Origin: Fistulifera solaris
Taxonomy: Eukaryota
Reading direction: 5' to 3'
Assembly (NCBI GenBank): GCA_030295235.1
Contig: AP026164.1
Span: 744,001 to 808,000, forward strand
DNA: 64,000 nt
Part shown: in pieces, positions 31,808-45,593 of the stretch
Layout: every line of letters starts with the position of its first letter
How positions within the stretch are numbered: position 1 is the first letter of the stretch
Made by a program: the position numbers and the translations under genes
Notes under the pieces: generated by a model
What the model was told of the DNA's origin: nothing
The model's input: only the letters and a program-made list of their open reading frames with translations
Databases searched by the model: none

Positions 31808-34800
31808 TTATTTGGTTTTTGCCATGACAGCGGCGACCGCAGCAGCGAAAGCTTCAGGGAGTAAAGCAAGCACTCTAGCTGCCTCTTCAGCAACTTCGCT
31901 ATCTTCAGGGTTGTACAAGCTGCAGTTGTCGAACACCAACAAGAAATCTGCAAACAAAGCGGCTGCAGCATCTGAACCAGTTCCGTACTCCCCCTTTTCG
32001 ACTTTCTGTCGCATAGAACCAAAATCCATTGGATGTTCTACAACTTCACTATACCCTGGCGCCTGGTCGTCGGACACAGGCTCAGTGAAAACGTCATATC
32101 GATCATGACTAGAGAACATGGCTGTTAAAACGTTATTCATCAAGGAACAAGTACGACCGCACCCCTTTGCTTACCTGTTCATTTTCAACAAGGTACTAAG
32201 AGCCACTTCCTGGAATTTGTCCTCAATCCTCTCGGGTAACCGCCAAGGACCGAGTTGTGTAAGATTTTTGCGTGCCTTTTTGAATGAACCATCCAGGGAA
32301 TCCCGACGTTTCTTCAAGGCGACCAGGTCAAAGGCAGTATCGTCGATCAGAGACTTCCCCGTAGTTTTACTTGTCACTTTTTTATCTAATGAACTTTTGC
32401 GTTGTCGCTTCGTTCCCGTATTGGCTACATTAGAGCCGTCATGATCAATTGAGCCGTCATCTGTACCAAGATTTTCCACGGAACGTTTCCTCTTGCCTCC
32501 CTTCTTCACTTTTCCAGGCGACGCACCATCTAGAGACATGCGAACACGAGCTTTTCCAGGCATTTTCGCATCAATGGAACTATCGTCACAATGTGTTGAA
32601 GTCTGTTTCTGCTTTGGGGTCTAAACAACTAACACATGAGAGAAATAACTTCTACATAACAGATCGTGTGAAATTGCTTACCTTCTTCTCTACACCCTCG
32701 TCGTCAACACTTCTTCGTTTGCGTCCTTTCTTGGCACTACCCGGCTTCGGTTCCTCGATTATCTCAAGAATCGATCCATCCTCAGCGATGAACAGTCCAT
32801 GCTTGGACGCAGCGTCAAGAAGAAGCTTCGGTCTCATGACGTGTTGATCGAATGCCTCTTTCACGATATCTGATTTTTTGTCATTGTACTTCCGACAGTT
32901 TTGCAGAATAAGAATGAAGTCCTTTTGCATGGCTTGTGCCGAGCGATACTCCCCGTTTTCGAGCTTCTTTTCATCGTGCCGTAATCCATCGGTTTCTCAA
33001 TTTCTTCATAGTAGTCAGGAAAATCTTCTCTCGATACTGGTTCGGAAAAAGTACCACCCCTAGAGCTGTCGTGCTTTATCATTTCGTCCAAAAGAGTTCG
33101 AAGGATCTTTGTAACTGCATGACGAGGGAACACGGGCCACGCACGTCCAGCTGCAGTGGCATCATCGTCGCTAGCGAGCCACTGACGCCTACGTCGCGCT
33201 TCCTTTGCACTAATTTTATCTTTTTTCGTTGTACTTGAATCATACACATCTTCTGCGACATCTGACCAATCTTCTCCAGAGTCCGAGTGGTGCAAATACC
33301 CGTCATCTCCAAGATAACCTCCCCCGTTTTCAGAGAATCTACGTTTCCGGCGGCGTTCAGGTGTTGCTACTGCCGACTCTTCTGCCATCTCGCTTCGCTT
33401 CCTTCTCTTTTTACGCTTCTTGCCTTCGATCCTTAACTCCTGGATTACGTCATCTACTTCCTCCTCTCTTACTCCGGGTTGAAATCGGTTCTGCTCGGAT
33501 ACCCGACATCTTCGACGACGGTCACCCTCAAGCCGTTTCAAGTAAGAGCGAGCTAGATGCCGCTGTTCTTCGTTAAACAATTTTTCCTTTACAGAAATCG
33601 TCAAAAGCAACTTCTGGCAAATAACCTTATCATCTGGGTTCACATCGTCTTCATCTTCTTCGAGTAGCCCCTCCATCATTCCCTTTAAGTCACTGATAAA
33701 TTTCACGACTTTCTTTGCTTGCGCACGCGACAACTGAAATTTGTCTTTGCTTTTCTTTCCTGATTGTTCGTCATCAGCTTCGGAATCTAATTCGTTGTCT
33801 TCTTTCTCAGAAACCGCACCCGCATCATCTGTCGCGATGTTTGCATTGCCTGAATCAAGTGCATCGGGAGTTTTCTCATCTGCCTTTTCCTCGGCTTCAT
33901 CGACTTCATTTGTTGCCTCTTTTGGGGGTCGACCACGTCGCTTACGTCCCCGACCCGGACCTCTTACTTTCCCATCTACCTCGTCTTGAAGTTCTCGTAA
34001 TTTCTGCATCATCAGTCCTGGTGTAACGAAGTTTGGCATGACTTTCTGCCAAAACTCAGGGTCGTCCATATCCAAAGCATCGCCACCAGCTTCAGCAGAA
34101 AATTTTGATTTGCTGATCACCATTCCTTGCTTGTTCAACCAGGACGCAGTCTTAGCTCCCTCAACGACACGAGTTCGGGTTCGTTTGGCGAGTATACTTT
34201 CAATATCGTCAGCACAGAACTCTTTTGTGATTTCATCGTTTTCGTCCTCTAAAAGCGCATATGCCCCGCGCTTCAACAGTTGCTCCATTTCTTGTTGAGT
34301 CGGCTTGTCGTCATCTCTATCCTTCTCAAATGTTCCAAGTACAGCCTGCTCTAGACCCAGTTTCTTGCTAGCACGGTCGAACATCTCCTGTTCAAAACTA
34401 CGACTAGTTACAAGACGGTAAATTCGTACGTCGCGTGTCTGCCCGATTCTGTGACATCTTGCCTGAGCTTGGACGTCATTTTGTCTGAGAAAATAGAGGA
34501 CTTTTGAGAGTCTGTGATTGCTTCCAACCAAGAAAACTCTTAACGTGTTTTTCACTTACGGATTCCAGTCACTGTCAAAGATGATGCATATGTCGGCCGC
34601 AGTAAGATTAATTCCGACACCACCAGCTCTGGTTGACAGCAGGAAAAGGAAACTGTCCGACTCACTTTCAAAGCGATCGATTGCCTTCTGTCGTTCGGTT
34701 CCACGAATGCGACCATCGAGACGTTCGTAGCGGAAATCACGGAACTCGCAATATTCTGATATCAGATCGAGCATTTTCACCATCTGGCTGAAAATCAAAA

Positions 34801-37800
34801 CTTTGTGGCCTTCTTGTCGTAACTTGGGAAGAAGCTTGTCCAAAAGCACCATTTTACCGCTCGACATAACATAGCCTTGCTCATTGACCATGTGCTGCTG
34901 CTCCTCGGGTGTTTTCCCTTCAAATGCACCTTTTTCAGACAATTCTCTGTAAATTCGATCAAGCTCCCTGTGTTCTACACCATCAAGAAGGAAAGGATGG
35001 TTACATGCTTTACGGAGCTCCATTTGGATGTTCATGAGCTTCGGCGTTACCTGGCGATTAATTCCGATGCTCAAAAAAGCATGGTTGTGCTCGAAAATGG
35101 CCCTGTAGTACTGCTTCTGAAGACTAGTAAGCTCTACGTCAATGACGGTCTCTTCTTTAGCGGGAATATCCTTGGCCACATCGTCTTTCACTCTTCGAAG
35201 CATGAATGGCGAAATCATCTGTTGCAAATTTTCGACCTGCTCTTGATTCGCCATGTTTCCGAATCTAGACTGAAAGTCATCGAGTTCCGGGAATTGATAC
35301 GGCTCGATAAAATTTAATAAGGTCCATAATTCCTTAAAGAGAAAAGCGTCGAGTGAGCACGGTCCCTAAAGGAAATGGATGGTGACTAAGCAAGGACAAC
35401 TTACGGTAAGATCGTTTTGCAGAGGTGTTCCTGACATAAGAACTCGACTTTGGTAACCGTACTGCATTGTTCCTCTGGCACTTATTTCTCGCATGCATTC
35501 AAGTAATTTTCCTCTCTGATTACGTAGGCGATGGGCTTCGTCTACAACAGCGACACGAAAGGGAATAGCACTGATAACATCGAAATCTCCGATCAAAGTG
35601 TCGTACGTTGTAACCAAAACATCAAACTTCAAATACTCGGGCGTGTGTGGTCTATCCTCAAAATACCATTCATATTCTCTCAAAACATCACGCCATACCC
35701 GTTGTCGATCGTGGTAGATGCAGCACACCATATCAGTCCATCCTTCAAACTCTCTTCGCCAATGTTCCACGGTAGATAGGGGCACAACTACAAGGAAAGG
35801 ACGTCGTATTTTTTCTACACGGAAAAGATGATCGATGAAGCAGACAATTTGAACAGTTTTCCCAAGCCCCATTTCATCCGCCAAAATGCATCCTTGCCGT
35901 TTGTACCAGACGCTTGATAGCCAGTTTACACCATCAATCTGATAGTCACGCAATTTGTTTCCATTCTTGTATATATGTGGCTCATTCGGATCATAAAGCT
36001 TATCTCGGAACTCCAACCATGCCTCTTGAGCTTTCTTGCCTCCACCGCCACGCGTCTGGGGCGCACCGGCTGTTACCTTTGCTCCTGCTGCAGCATATCT
36101 CCACTTGTATCCACCGACTTCGTCGCCGATTTCTTCGTCGTAGTCATCGAGAAGAACCTGACGCAAATCTTGCAAAGGGAGCTGCAGTGTAGCGGCAGCT
36201 GATTCAACGTTGGCCCAAATGTGCAAAACCTCTCCGGTCGAAACGGAAATTTGCTCAATCTTTACTGTTGACTTCTTGATCGATTTTGATGGCGTATCGG
36301 ATGCTTCTTTCTCATCAGATTTCATTGGCGATTCTTCTAGACTAATTTGTGGAAATCCATCAAAGGCTGCCTCGTCTGGTTGATCGGGAGATATTAGGAC
36401 AGCGGCTGCTAGTTTGGCACGCTCCCCGAGAGTCGAAAACTCTGTTTGTCTGGCTGGAAGTGAGGATCTTTCGTCCTCTTTGGTTCTTTTGGTTTTGATC
36501 GCTTGCTCACTAGCCTTTGCAGTGGTAAATGTTTGATCGACTCCATCCAAAAAGTAAGCCCGGTCTTCGGTACCGCCTTCATCACTACTATAACCAATGT
36601 CCGTGTCAAGAAGTCTGAATGCAAGGGACTGCGTCGTCTCTTCAGTTTCAACAACACCGTTCTCAAAGTGACTTTTGTAATCGTCAGGATGAACTTCCGG
36701 AGCTAAATCGGTAGATGATTTCTCTTTTCCCAGCTGCGTAGCTTCCCCATTGGCTGAATCCCCTGCAGCGGGTTCTGTAGCTACGTGTGCTTTATCTGAA
36801 GCATTCTGAGCCATTTCGTCATCCTCGCTATCAGGTTCGAATTCACCTTCGCTACCACCTTCCTCGGAATCGTCGTCTGAATCACCTCTCTCGCTCTCTG
36901 AATCTAAGTCGTCAGATCGGTCGACTTCGTCATTAATGTTTTCAACTATATGCTGCCGTTGCAGTAAAATGCGTTGGCGGTCAGACATGAACTTAGTACG
37001 CATTTCCTCTATTGCGTAGCGGCCCTTGTCGCCAGAGCTGACGAGATGCGTATCGCATCCGGAAAGGCCATTTTCGAGGAAGCGCATGTAGGCAAATTTG
37101 TTCTTTCCACTTTCTTTTAACAATCCGATCACTTCTTTGAAAGTCTTCCCGATTGTTCCAACCCCATCCACAGCAATGATCTTATCTCCAATGTTGCGCA
37201 CTAGCTTTCTCTCTTCAGCAGGACCCTTGGTCCCATCAGGAAATGCCCTATAACCAAGAAAAGCGACCACACCATTGATCTCTCCTACGTTCATCATCAA
37301 GCCCTTCGATGTGATGGGTATTACAGCGTCATATTCGCCCTGCATAAGCGGCGGTAGAGAGGCAGAACAGCTTTGTGTCTTCGATTCTTTTCGTGCAACT
37401 CGAAAAACGATATCAGAAACGCACGAAACAACATCACCTGGGTGCCCCGAGCCATTACGACTTAATTTAACATTCAGTGACGCACAATTCATCAAGAAAG
37501 CTTGTGTATGTGGTCCGCATTCGGCGGTTAAATTGGGAGGGGGACACGAAACTCCAAATTTCAAGAACTCGAACGAGCGTGTTTGCGCATAGAGCTGACT
37601 GCGCAACAGTGGTGTACATCCTTGTCCTCCTGCGTTTTCTTCAATTGTATGCTTTGTTCCCATTAAGGTTTTTGTCACAGCCTGCGCTTCAACTTCCGTT
37701 TCGTCGGCATGACTGCTATTGAGTTTCCTGAAGTCTGCTATAAGTTTATCGTCGTTGATATCGGCTCTGGTTTCCCACGTGCAGAACTCATAACCAAGGT

Positions 37801-39803
37801 TCTTCCATTTCACCAGAAACATGCTTTGCTTCATCTTCTTCATGGGAATATCACCTAGCTCAGCTCTTTTCCTGGCAGCATTTTCTGCAACTGCAGAGAG
37901 CATTTTAATCCCCTTAGCGGTTTTTAACTTCGGCTTGCATTCGGGGCAATGCCACGCCCTGGAGGGGGCTTTCTTCAATTGAGGTGTGACGCACTTGAAC
38001 CCATACATTGCATCACAATGGTCGCATAATACCATTTGATCATCCGGGGTTTCGCACGACCCATCGTGACATCTACAAGTGTGCTCCCAGGGGCGGGCAC
38101 GAGGGTCCTTCCAACGCAAATATCGTTCCCGAAATTCAAGTACCCACGCGTGATAAAGCCGTTCGAAAAGTTTCGACATGTAGTCGGCTACATGCCATAT
38201 CGCCGACCCGTGTTGGTTGTATATCTTGCAATTGTTCCACACCTAATAAAGTTGATGAGACGAAGTGAGGTAGGTACAGTAATCTTTCGTCCGGCAAAAA
38301 CAAACTTACCTTTCGCATGTCGCGCGCAAATTGTTCGGGCATTTGATATTTTTTGCTCATCAGTTTGTTTCGAACGGTTCCAAGATCCATTGGAGAGTCA
38401 ATAAACTCTTCGTAGTCTGGAAAGTCCTCTGTATTTACGGGTTCAAGGAATATATCTGCAAAGCTATCTTTCGCCAACCGTTCCAACACCATCAGGCACC
38501 GTCTAAGAGGCTGCCACACCTCATTGGGCTTCTGGGCTTTAGCAAGCAGCACTTTCTCTTTTTCGTACTGCCGAGCTTCTTCCTGCGATAACAGTACAAA
38601 TGGCTCCTTCTGTTCGTCTGTCATGGATCGCCACTTTTCAGCGACGATGGACATTATCTCAGCCTGAATTGCATTTGGATTCTTCTTCTGAAAATACGAA
38701 CGTAGAGTGCACTGAAAGAATATGTAGGAAGCGCGAGGTTTTTTTGGCGGTTCAGTAACATATCCGTCTCTGTATGGGTTATCCGAACCTTCAACTTTGA
38801 CGTAGTAAGGATCCTCTTTTGCCACAATGGCTCTCAACTTTTCGAGAGTCAGCTTGCTAAAATCAATCTCATCACCCGTCAAAAAAATCGAAAAGATCTC
38901 CGGCATCTTCTTCCTTTGGAACACTTTCCTCAGATGGTACTTGTTTGTCAACAGTCACCTCAACTTTTGGACCTTTTTCCTTTTTACTCTCGGAGGAGTC
39001 GTCACTCTCTTCAGCAAGCTCTTTTTCGCGTTCTTTTCCCACCGAAGAAGCTCTTTATCGGTCAATTCTATGGAGATTTCCTGCTCAGCCTCATCCAAAA
39101 TTCTTTCAGGTATGAGATAATTCGGGTCGAACTCAGGATTCTCAAGGTCCTCTTCCGTACCAGCATGCACTTTCTTGACAAATCGCCTGTATATCCCTTT
39201 TGCTGATTTGTTCATGCTCTCGAGATCGGCGCCCCTCTTCCATTCCAAATGAAGGTACGAACGCCCCTTGTACTTAACCAGATATTCATATTCGACGAGC
39301 TCTTCTGACTGTTCCCCATTTCTTGGAGATCTTGTTGAAGGCGAAGAAGCTTTTTTCTTAACGTTGTTTTTTCGACGAATGGGTCGACTGGCGCCATCAT
39401 CATTGGAATCTTCATTTAAAGAATCTTCGCCATCGGCATCTTGAGCGTCTTCTTTGTCGTCCACTGGACGACGCCCCACGATGAGTTCAATTCTGGGGGA
39501 TCCGTCTTCCTCGTATTCCGGCAGGAAAGGAAAGCGATCGCGGATCGGGGGAAGGGCCGGATCGTATCCTTTTTCCGTGTAAACAGGGCGGTTGTCATAC
39601 TCTTCTTCGTCATCCTCGACAGCAGCAGACGTCGTAACAACCGTAGTACGAACTCCGGCTCCTTTCGACTTGCGGCCTCTTCGTTTAACCGGCGGCGGAG
39701 CCTCTTCCTCGCTATCTTCGAACAGATCAACGTCGCTGAACTCTTGCTCCTTGCCGTAATCGACCCGCTTGATCGAGGCTCGACGAGCACGGCCTTCTGA
39801 CAT
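31808..39803 (-). CDS. CHD-type SNF2 chromatin remodeler with chromo, HMG-box, bromo, PHD, chromo, PDZ-like, ATPase/helicase and two C-terminal bromodomains
   Basis: ATG 39803. Motifs YLVKYKGRSYLHLEW, PPKKPRASYIFF, FLEPV..PDY..PMDLGT, LCDHCD..WHCPEC, FLVKWKNLGY..TWE, ILADEMGLGKT, DEAH, HKVLIFSQM, STRAGGVGINL, QAQARCHRIGQ. Introns 38243..38309, 35333..35404, 34485..34559, 32622..32681, 32109..32174. Frameshifts near 39035, 38885 and 32970. Confidence 0.9.
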
Positions 39804-40781
39804 TTCTTCCTGGTTTACAATAAAAACAGTTGCGCAATCAAATTCTGAAGAAAGATCGAGAAACAAGGGTGAGTGGTTCATCGAATACATTTCTCGTACG
39901 GTATTTTCCCCCATACTATTATCCAGTCGTATGGCTGAATTGCGCACGTTGCGGAGAGCACCGATTGCCCAACATATATTTATACTCGTATTTTCATCCA
40001 TAAATCAATATCGTTACAAAAAGTGGTAAGTACACAGCCAAGTTGCTATCTCGGGACGCCGAAATTGAAAAAGTACCAACTTGGCGTGCACTTTTTGGAA
40101 TTACGACGAACCAAAAAAAATCGCATGTGGCGAACGGACCAAAACTCGGCCATGGCCTTCACATTTCTCGGTAAAGTATCCAAAAACCCCAAAAACAATG
40201 TCGAATGATCGATGCGAAACCCTTTTGAGCACATACCTAATACTTACAATGTGATAATCAAATAAGTAAACACAGTCAATGCAATCGATGCATTTGTTTG
40301 CGTCGATGGCCTGAAAACGCAGTGTAGCTCTGTTTACGCTCAAGCGGACGAGGTTGTGGAGCGCGCGCATGGCCAAAAGTTTTTTGAATAGAAATTCCTT
40401 TCTTGTGTTAAAAGAACTATTGGCGACGGAATCTGACAAATGCACCTACACCAACCATTTCTGTAAAAAAAGTGTAGAAGAGGATATTCTAATGCGGAAA
40501 GTACCAAGATTCCATTGGCACTGGCACGTCCTGCGCCGGTGCGCTGACGATGGGCGCGAATGGACCCTGCTGGCGTGCACTAATCCAACAGACACTCAAC
40601 GGACAAGAGTCATGCCGGCAGGCTCAGGTACTACGTAGTATTGGCGGAGAAAAGAATGGATGAAAGATGAGACTTCCCTCGAGAGGCGTAATCAAACAGT
40701 GGAGGAAGAACGTCTACAGTCTACAACAAAATTGCAATACCATTAACCAGGTACTCCTTACTTCGTATTACAAGCATATCA

Positions 40782-43700
40782 ATGTCTTCACCAGCAAAGA
40801 CTTCCAATCGACCAGGAAGACGTCGAAAGGCTCCCCAAAAAGACTTGATGCGAGAAACGACATCAATGCAGCGCTTGGTGGAATATTTCGTAATCATCAC
40901 CCCATCACCGAGATGGACAAAGAAACCTGAAATCTCCGCCGATGATTCACTGCCTGTTCCTTCAAACCACGAATTGCAACAAAGCTCCGAAGTAAGCGGT
41001 CATGGTACCGAAGGAAATATTCACATGCCGAAAACTCGCAACGATTATGCTTTTCAGCCTGTCATATCCGCCAGGTATCCAACACGCGACTACGAGGACA
41101 ATCCTCTCAATCCTATGATTCTGCAATTTTGCTTCCCTTCTGGTGACGTGATCACTCCTAGTCGGACTTATCAGCTTCCGCAAGTACACCATTTCGTTTT
41201 AACAAACGAACAAGGACAAAAAGTGTACGGAACATGTTTAACAGTTTTCGAAGAGTATGAACCGGATGGGCCGTGGAAGAGTCAAGCTATGACTTTAGAA
41301 GGGGCGAATGGCATCGAGCTCGCTGTCGATGAACGGGGGAAAGACCTCTATTTGCCAAAGGTACTCTGTTTGCTCTCGACCTGGCCCTACTTGACTGCGA
41401 TGCGAGAATACCTAGCACAGCTTTACCGACTGGCCACTTCCACCAACATAATGACAGAACCGATAGAACGCTACATTGTTAACATTTGCTGTGAAATTCC
41501 TGCTCCACCGCCGGGTGCATATGAAGTACAAGTCAATATACTTGACTCGACGATTCGCTTTTGGGCCCCTCCAGCTAGGCTACCCATTGCTTATGTTGCC
41601 TTACCCTACCAAATTCTCTTTGAGTGCCTCGATATACACAATATCCTATCCGTCTGGACAGCCTTGATTCTGGAAAGAAAGGTACTGCTCCTTTCAAGTC
41701 ACGTAAGTTGGCATGGCCACAGTAATTTCGACTTGAGATGCTTTTCAACTCACACATTGTTTCAAAGTATTCTATATTGACAGTCTGCGCCGAAGTGTTG
41801 TGCTCCCTTCTTTTCCGATGAGATGGAGTCACTTGTACGTTCCATTATTGCCTAAAATGTTCGCTCCCATGCTGGATGCGCCAGTTCCTTTTCTGTGCGG
41901 AGTGGTCAGAGATTCTTGGATGTACACCCAAAAGTTCATCAGCCAGGATGTCGTCGTCGTGGACCTAGACAACAATAACATTGAATATGGCCAAGAGTTT
42001 CCCCCGATACCGCCACCGCCCGCCAAGAAATTTCATAAGCTGAGAGCAATTTTAACGGATTTCGTTGGACCTGATTTCTGGAGAGCCCACGGGGTGGAGA
42101 ATGAGTACGAAAGTCTCAAACACAAGCAGAATAAGAAAGGCACAATAGAAACATTGCGAAAATTGACCAACGGGTCGTCGTTATGGAAAGAAAAGCGAGC
42201 CTCTCTTGACAACGCTTTCAGCTTGGCTTACACACCTGACTCTCCAGGCTTGTTAAATGATGGACTACCAGAGAGTGAGAAAACAAAGTGGGCTAACGTC
42301 CAGGAAGCATTTCACCAATTCTTCGTGGGCGTGTTCAAAGATTATCGAAAGCATTTTTCTGTCGTTGATGGATCAAGACAAGTGTTCGATCAAAAAGCTT
42401 TCTTAGCCCAGCAAAAACCAAACAACCTATCGTTTATATCTGAAATGTGTATGAGTCAGCAGTTCAACGATTTTCTTACCAGACGACTTGTGAGTCCAGG
42501 AGACCCTGACTTAATATTTTTCGATCAGAGCATTGACGCGAAAAGAACAGAAGCAAACTTCAATTTAGAAAGAAAGAAACTCCATTTCTTCGGAGTGCAA
42601 ATGCGCACAAAGAACTCAAGAAATTCGTCTCGGTAACGCCTGGCAGAGATGGCCTAGTTGATGACGGAAGGCCGTTCGTGTACAAAAAGTGGCCTGAATT
42701 ATTCACCGACGAATACTTCTGCGAGCCTCGTCCAATTCCAGAGATGATAACTGCAGAATTCGATCGTCAGGCCGGACTAATTGCCAAAATGCGTTTGGAC
42801 ATATACGATGATGAGGTCAACTACATTGGAAGCAGCAACGCTATCGCCAAGTTTCACGAGGATACTTCCAGCAAATCCCCTGAGTCGGAAACGTTCTCTG
42901 TTTTCTTTCTTACTTATTGCGCGATGGTCGGACGAGATTGGAAGCGATTCATAAAAAGGCGACAACTCATTATGTCCACAACCGAAAGAAGTGTATCAGG
43001 CAGCCGTTCAGCACATTTCGTAGAGCGTCCATCAAATAGGCCCAGATCGACAACAGAGGCCATTGTTTCGGATTTGACTCTCGGGATTTGCGATATGTGT
43101 ACGCGCTCTGAATTTCAGGCTGCGTTGAAGCATATCGAAACGCATGGCATAGGTCGTGTCGATGCTCTATTTTTCGGAGACGAAAATTATGATTTACCAC
43201 GCTCAATTTCAATTCCGGCAAATCATTTTTCAGTAGATAGTTCCAGCGTAGACGTTTCGTCTGATTTAGAAGAAGCGCGAGCAATCGCATCCGCGCAACT
43301 CGACCTGGCTTTTCAAACTTTGGAGACTGCATCTTTGAGGGGTCTATCACTCGATTCGGATAGCTACTCGTCGCTAATGGAGTCGTGTGGGCGCTGTGGC
43401 GACACCCGACATGCAATGCACCTTATCGAGTTGATGAAAAACGACGGACATGTTGCTGATAGTGAAGTTCTTTCCCATTTCGTCGCGGCGTTTGCCCATG
43501 GAGAAGCAGACGCACTCTCGTCTGCCCACGTTACAAGCAGTGACGCTCACCCATTTGATGAAACTGCTTCAACTGAAAATGGCTCAAAATCGCTTCATCT
43601 GAGAAGAAATCTAGCCTTAAGGGAGGATGCAAGTAGCCTGGCACTTGAGCTAGAAGCCTGCGAGGTATTTTCAGAAAGCGACAGCCCGGATCGTAACTTA

Positions 43701-44350
43701 GCGGCGTCAGCTTCATTCAGCACTAGTCAAACTGGAACGTCCGTGAACCTAGACTGGTTCTCTCGTTACCGCCACAGTCTTGCGAAGAAGAAGTCGAAAG
43801 TACGAAAAAAAGCGCTCAAGGACGAACAGTCAAAGGTGGTTGTTACAGAAATGATTGACAGACAGCTACTTCTTGGCGAATGTCTTATCGATCTTCTTTA
43901 TCCGGATTTGAAAATTCACACAGACCGCGATTCTTGTCCTCATTGTTCTTTTGTTCTAAGTGAGAGAGACGTTATTGCTGGCTGGTCGGCTTCTATTTCT
44001 CAAGAGTGCAAAACAATGTGTCCTCAATGCAAGCATCGCTTCGTTGCCCAATTCAACGTTTCGACGTCTGCTTCGAGCTTCAGTGGTTCTCAGGGAAAAG
44101 GCACCCCTCTTTTTTGCGAATTCCTCTCTCCGTGGACAATAAAAAGGAAATCCAAAACATTATCCATGGCACTGTCGGCATAGATGGAATAATAAGTCGC
44201 GAATGGCGTGAAAGCTCAGATTGGACTGCAACCTTGTTTTGGAATCTCATCCTTCTTTTCAGAAGGTACCGGCTGCCCTTTGCATTTCTATTGCAGGGTA
44301 GCTTCGATAACATGGTAATTCTGCCACCCAAGCCCGACGAATTGACTTAA
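40782..44350 (+). CDS. DENN-domain Rab GEF, DENND4-like (uDENN-cDENN-dDENN, PPR-like helix pair, C-terminal CxxC..CxxC)
   Basis: FCFPSG, HHFVLTNEQGQKVYGTCL, YLPKVLCLLSTWPY, LILERKVLLLS, WSHLYVPLLP, LDAPVPFLCG, PPR-like SYSSLMESCGRCGD, CPHC..IAGWS..CPQC. Intron 41703..41767. Frameshifts near 41815, 42545 and 44165. Confidence 0.88.
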
Positions 44351-44637
44351 TTCAATACAAGAGAGGGATAGAAAAGAGCTATCTATAACACTTTAACCAT
44401 GGTCGACATAATACTAGGTGGGTTGTAGTTTTGGCTAGAAAATGTTCAGATTGAAGAATTTTCCGGGACTGAAATATTTGCTGAGTCGACAAAGAAACGC
44501 GACCGGTCGCGTTTCTATTATTGCAATCGATTTCGTCTCCATGGATTACTTCATTGGGCGACAATGTGTGTCGCATTTCGTCGATCATGAAGATACAAAT
44601 GACAAATGTTTCACGTCGCTGTTCCGTCCATATAAGA

Positions 44638-45593
44638 ATGCTGCTGCACGTAAAATTGATCTCGCTCTATGTCGCTCTGTTTCTACCGGTGGCACTTGGT
44701 TTGATTTTTTCCCAAAGTCCGAGAGGGGCAGAATCTTTCATCGCTTGGAAGGGAATAATTGCGAGAGCATTCGAGATAACTCTCCCATGGACGTTAGTCG
44801 TCGACACTACATGGCTGCGGGCTTCACTACAGGATGCCAACTCCTGCAGCAACCAGCAGACGCCTGGCCTAACGAACGACTTTTCGTCGTCAGCGATCCC
44901 AATACGTATTCGGCTGTCACATTCATACCGGAGGGCGTGAACGAAAGGCCGAAGCCTCTTCTCGTAGTTCTTCACGGCGCTGGTGTGAATAATGAAGATG
45001 CCTGGGCGTTGACGAATCCAAAGGGTGAGCATGCTGGTCTCATTCCGAGCTTGATTGCCGCGAATAAAGCTCCACCAGAGCTGACTGAGAATTTTGTTGT
45101 TGTTGCTCCTTACAGCCAAGGTAAACGGTCTTTCTATGAGGAACCAAGAACCAAAATTTTGGACTTTGTGCGTTGGTTTTGCAGCGATGCGGGGAGAAGG
45201 AGCGGCTGTCCTCCTTGCGACAAAGACCATATTTACTTGTTCGGATTCAGTGACGGTGCCACTGTCGCTGTAGAGTTAGCAACAACGAAAATGTTTCGTG
45301 CAGTTGCTGTCGCAGCATTCGGTTTCTCTGGTACTCTTCCAGATCTTGCTCTGGAACGGCTTCGAGAAGTTGCCTTTTGGGTTTTTCATTCACAAGATGA
45401 TGTTATATTTCCAGTCGAATACGGTGACAAGCTTGTTGGTTCACTTCTTAAACGCGGAGATCCCTCATTGATTCGATACACGAGATATGAACGGGACCAA
45501 GAAGGTTTTACCGGCGTCGTGAAGGGGCATAGCGTTGGAATTACTGCTTCAAAATCAGCAGATCTTTATTCCTGGATGTTGTCGATCTGGTGA
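44638..45593 (+). CDS. Alpha/beta-hydrolase esterase (phospholipase/carboxylesterase-like), predicted plastid thylakoid-lumen targeted
   Basis: LVVLHGAG, VVVAPYS, GFSDGA nucleophile elbow, HSQDDVIFP, KGH. Likely true start ATG 44638 (signal peptide MLLHVKLISLYVALFLPVALG-L), joined to the main frame by +1 T in run 44705-44710. Confidence 0.78.
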
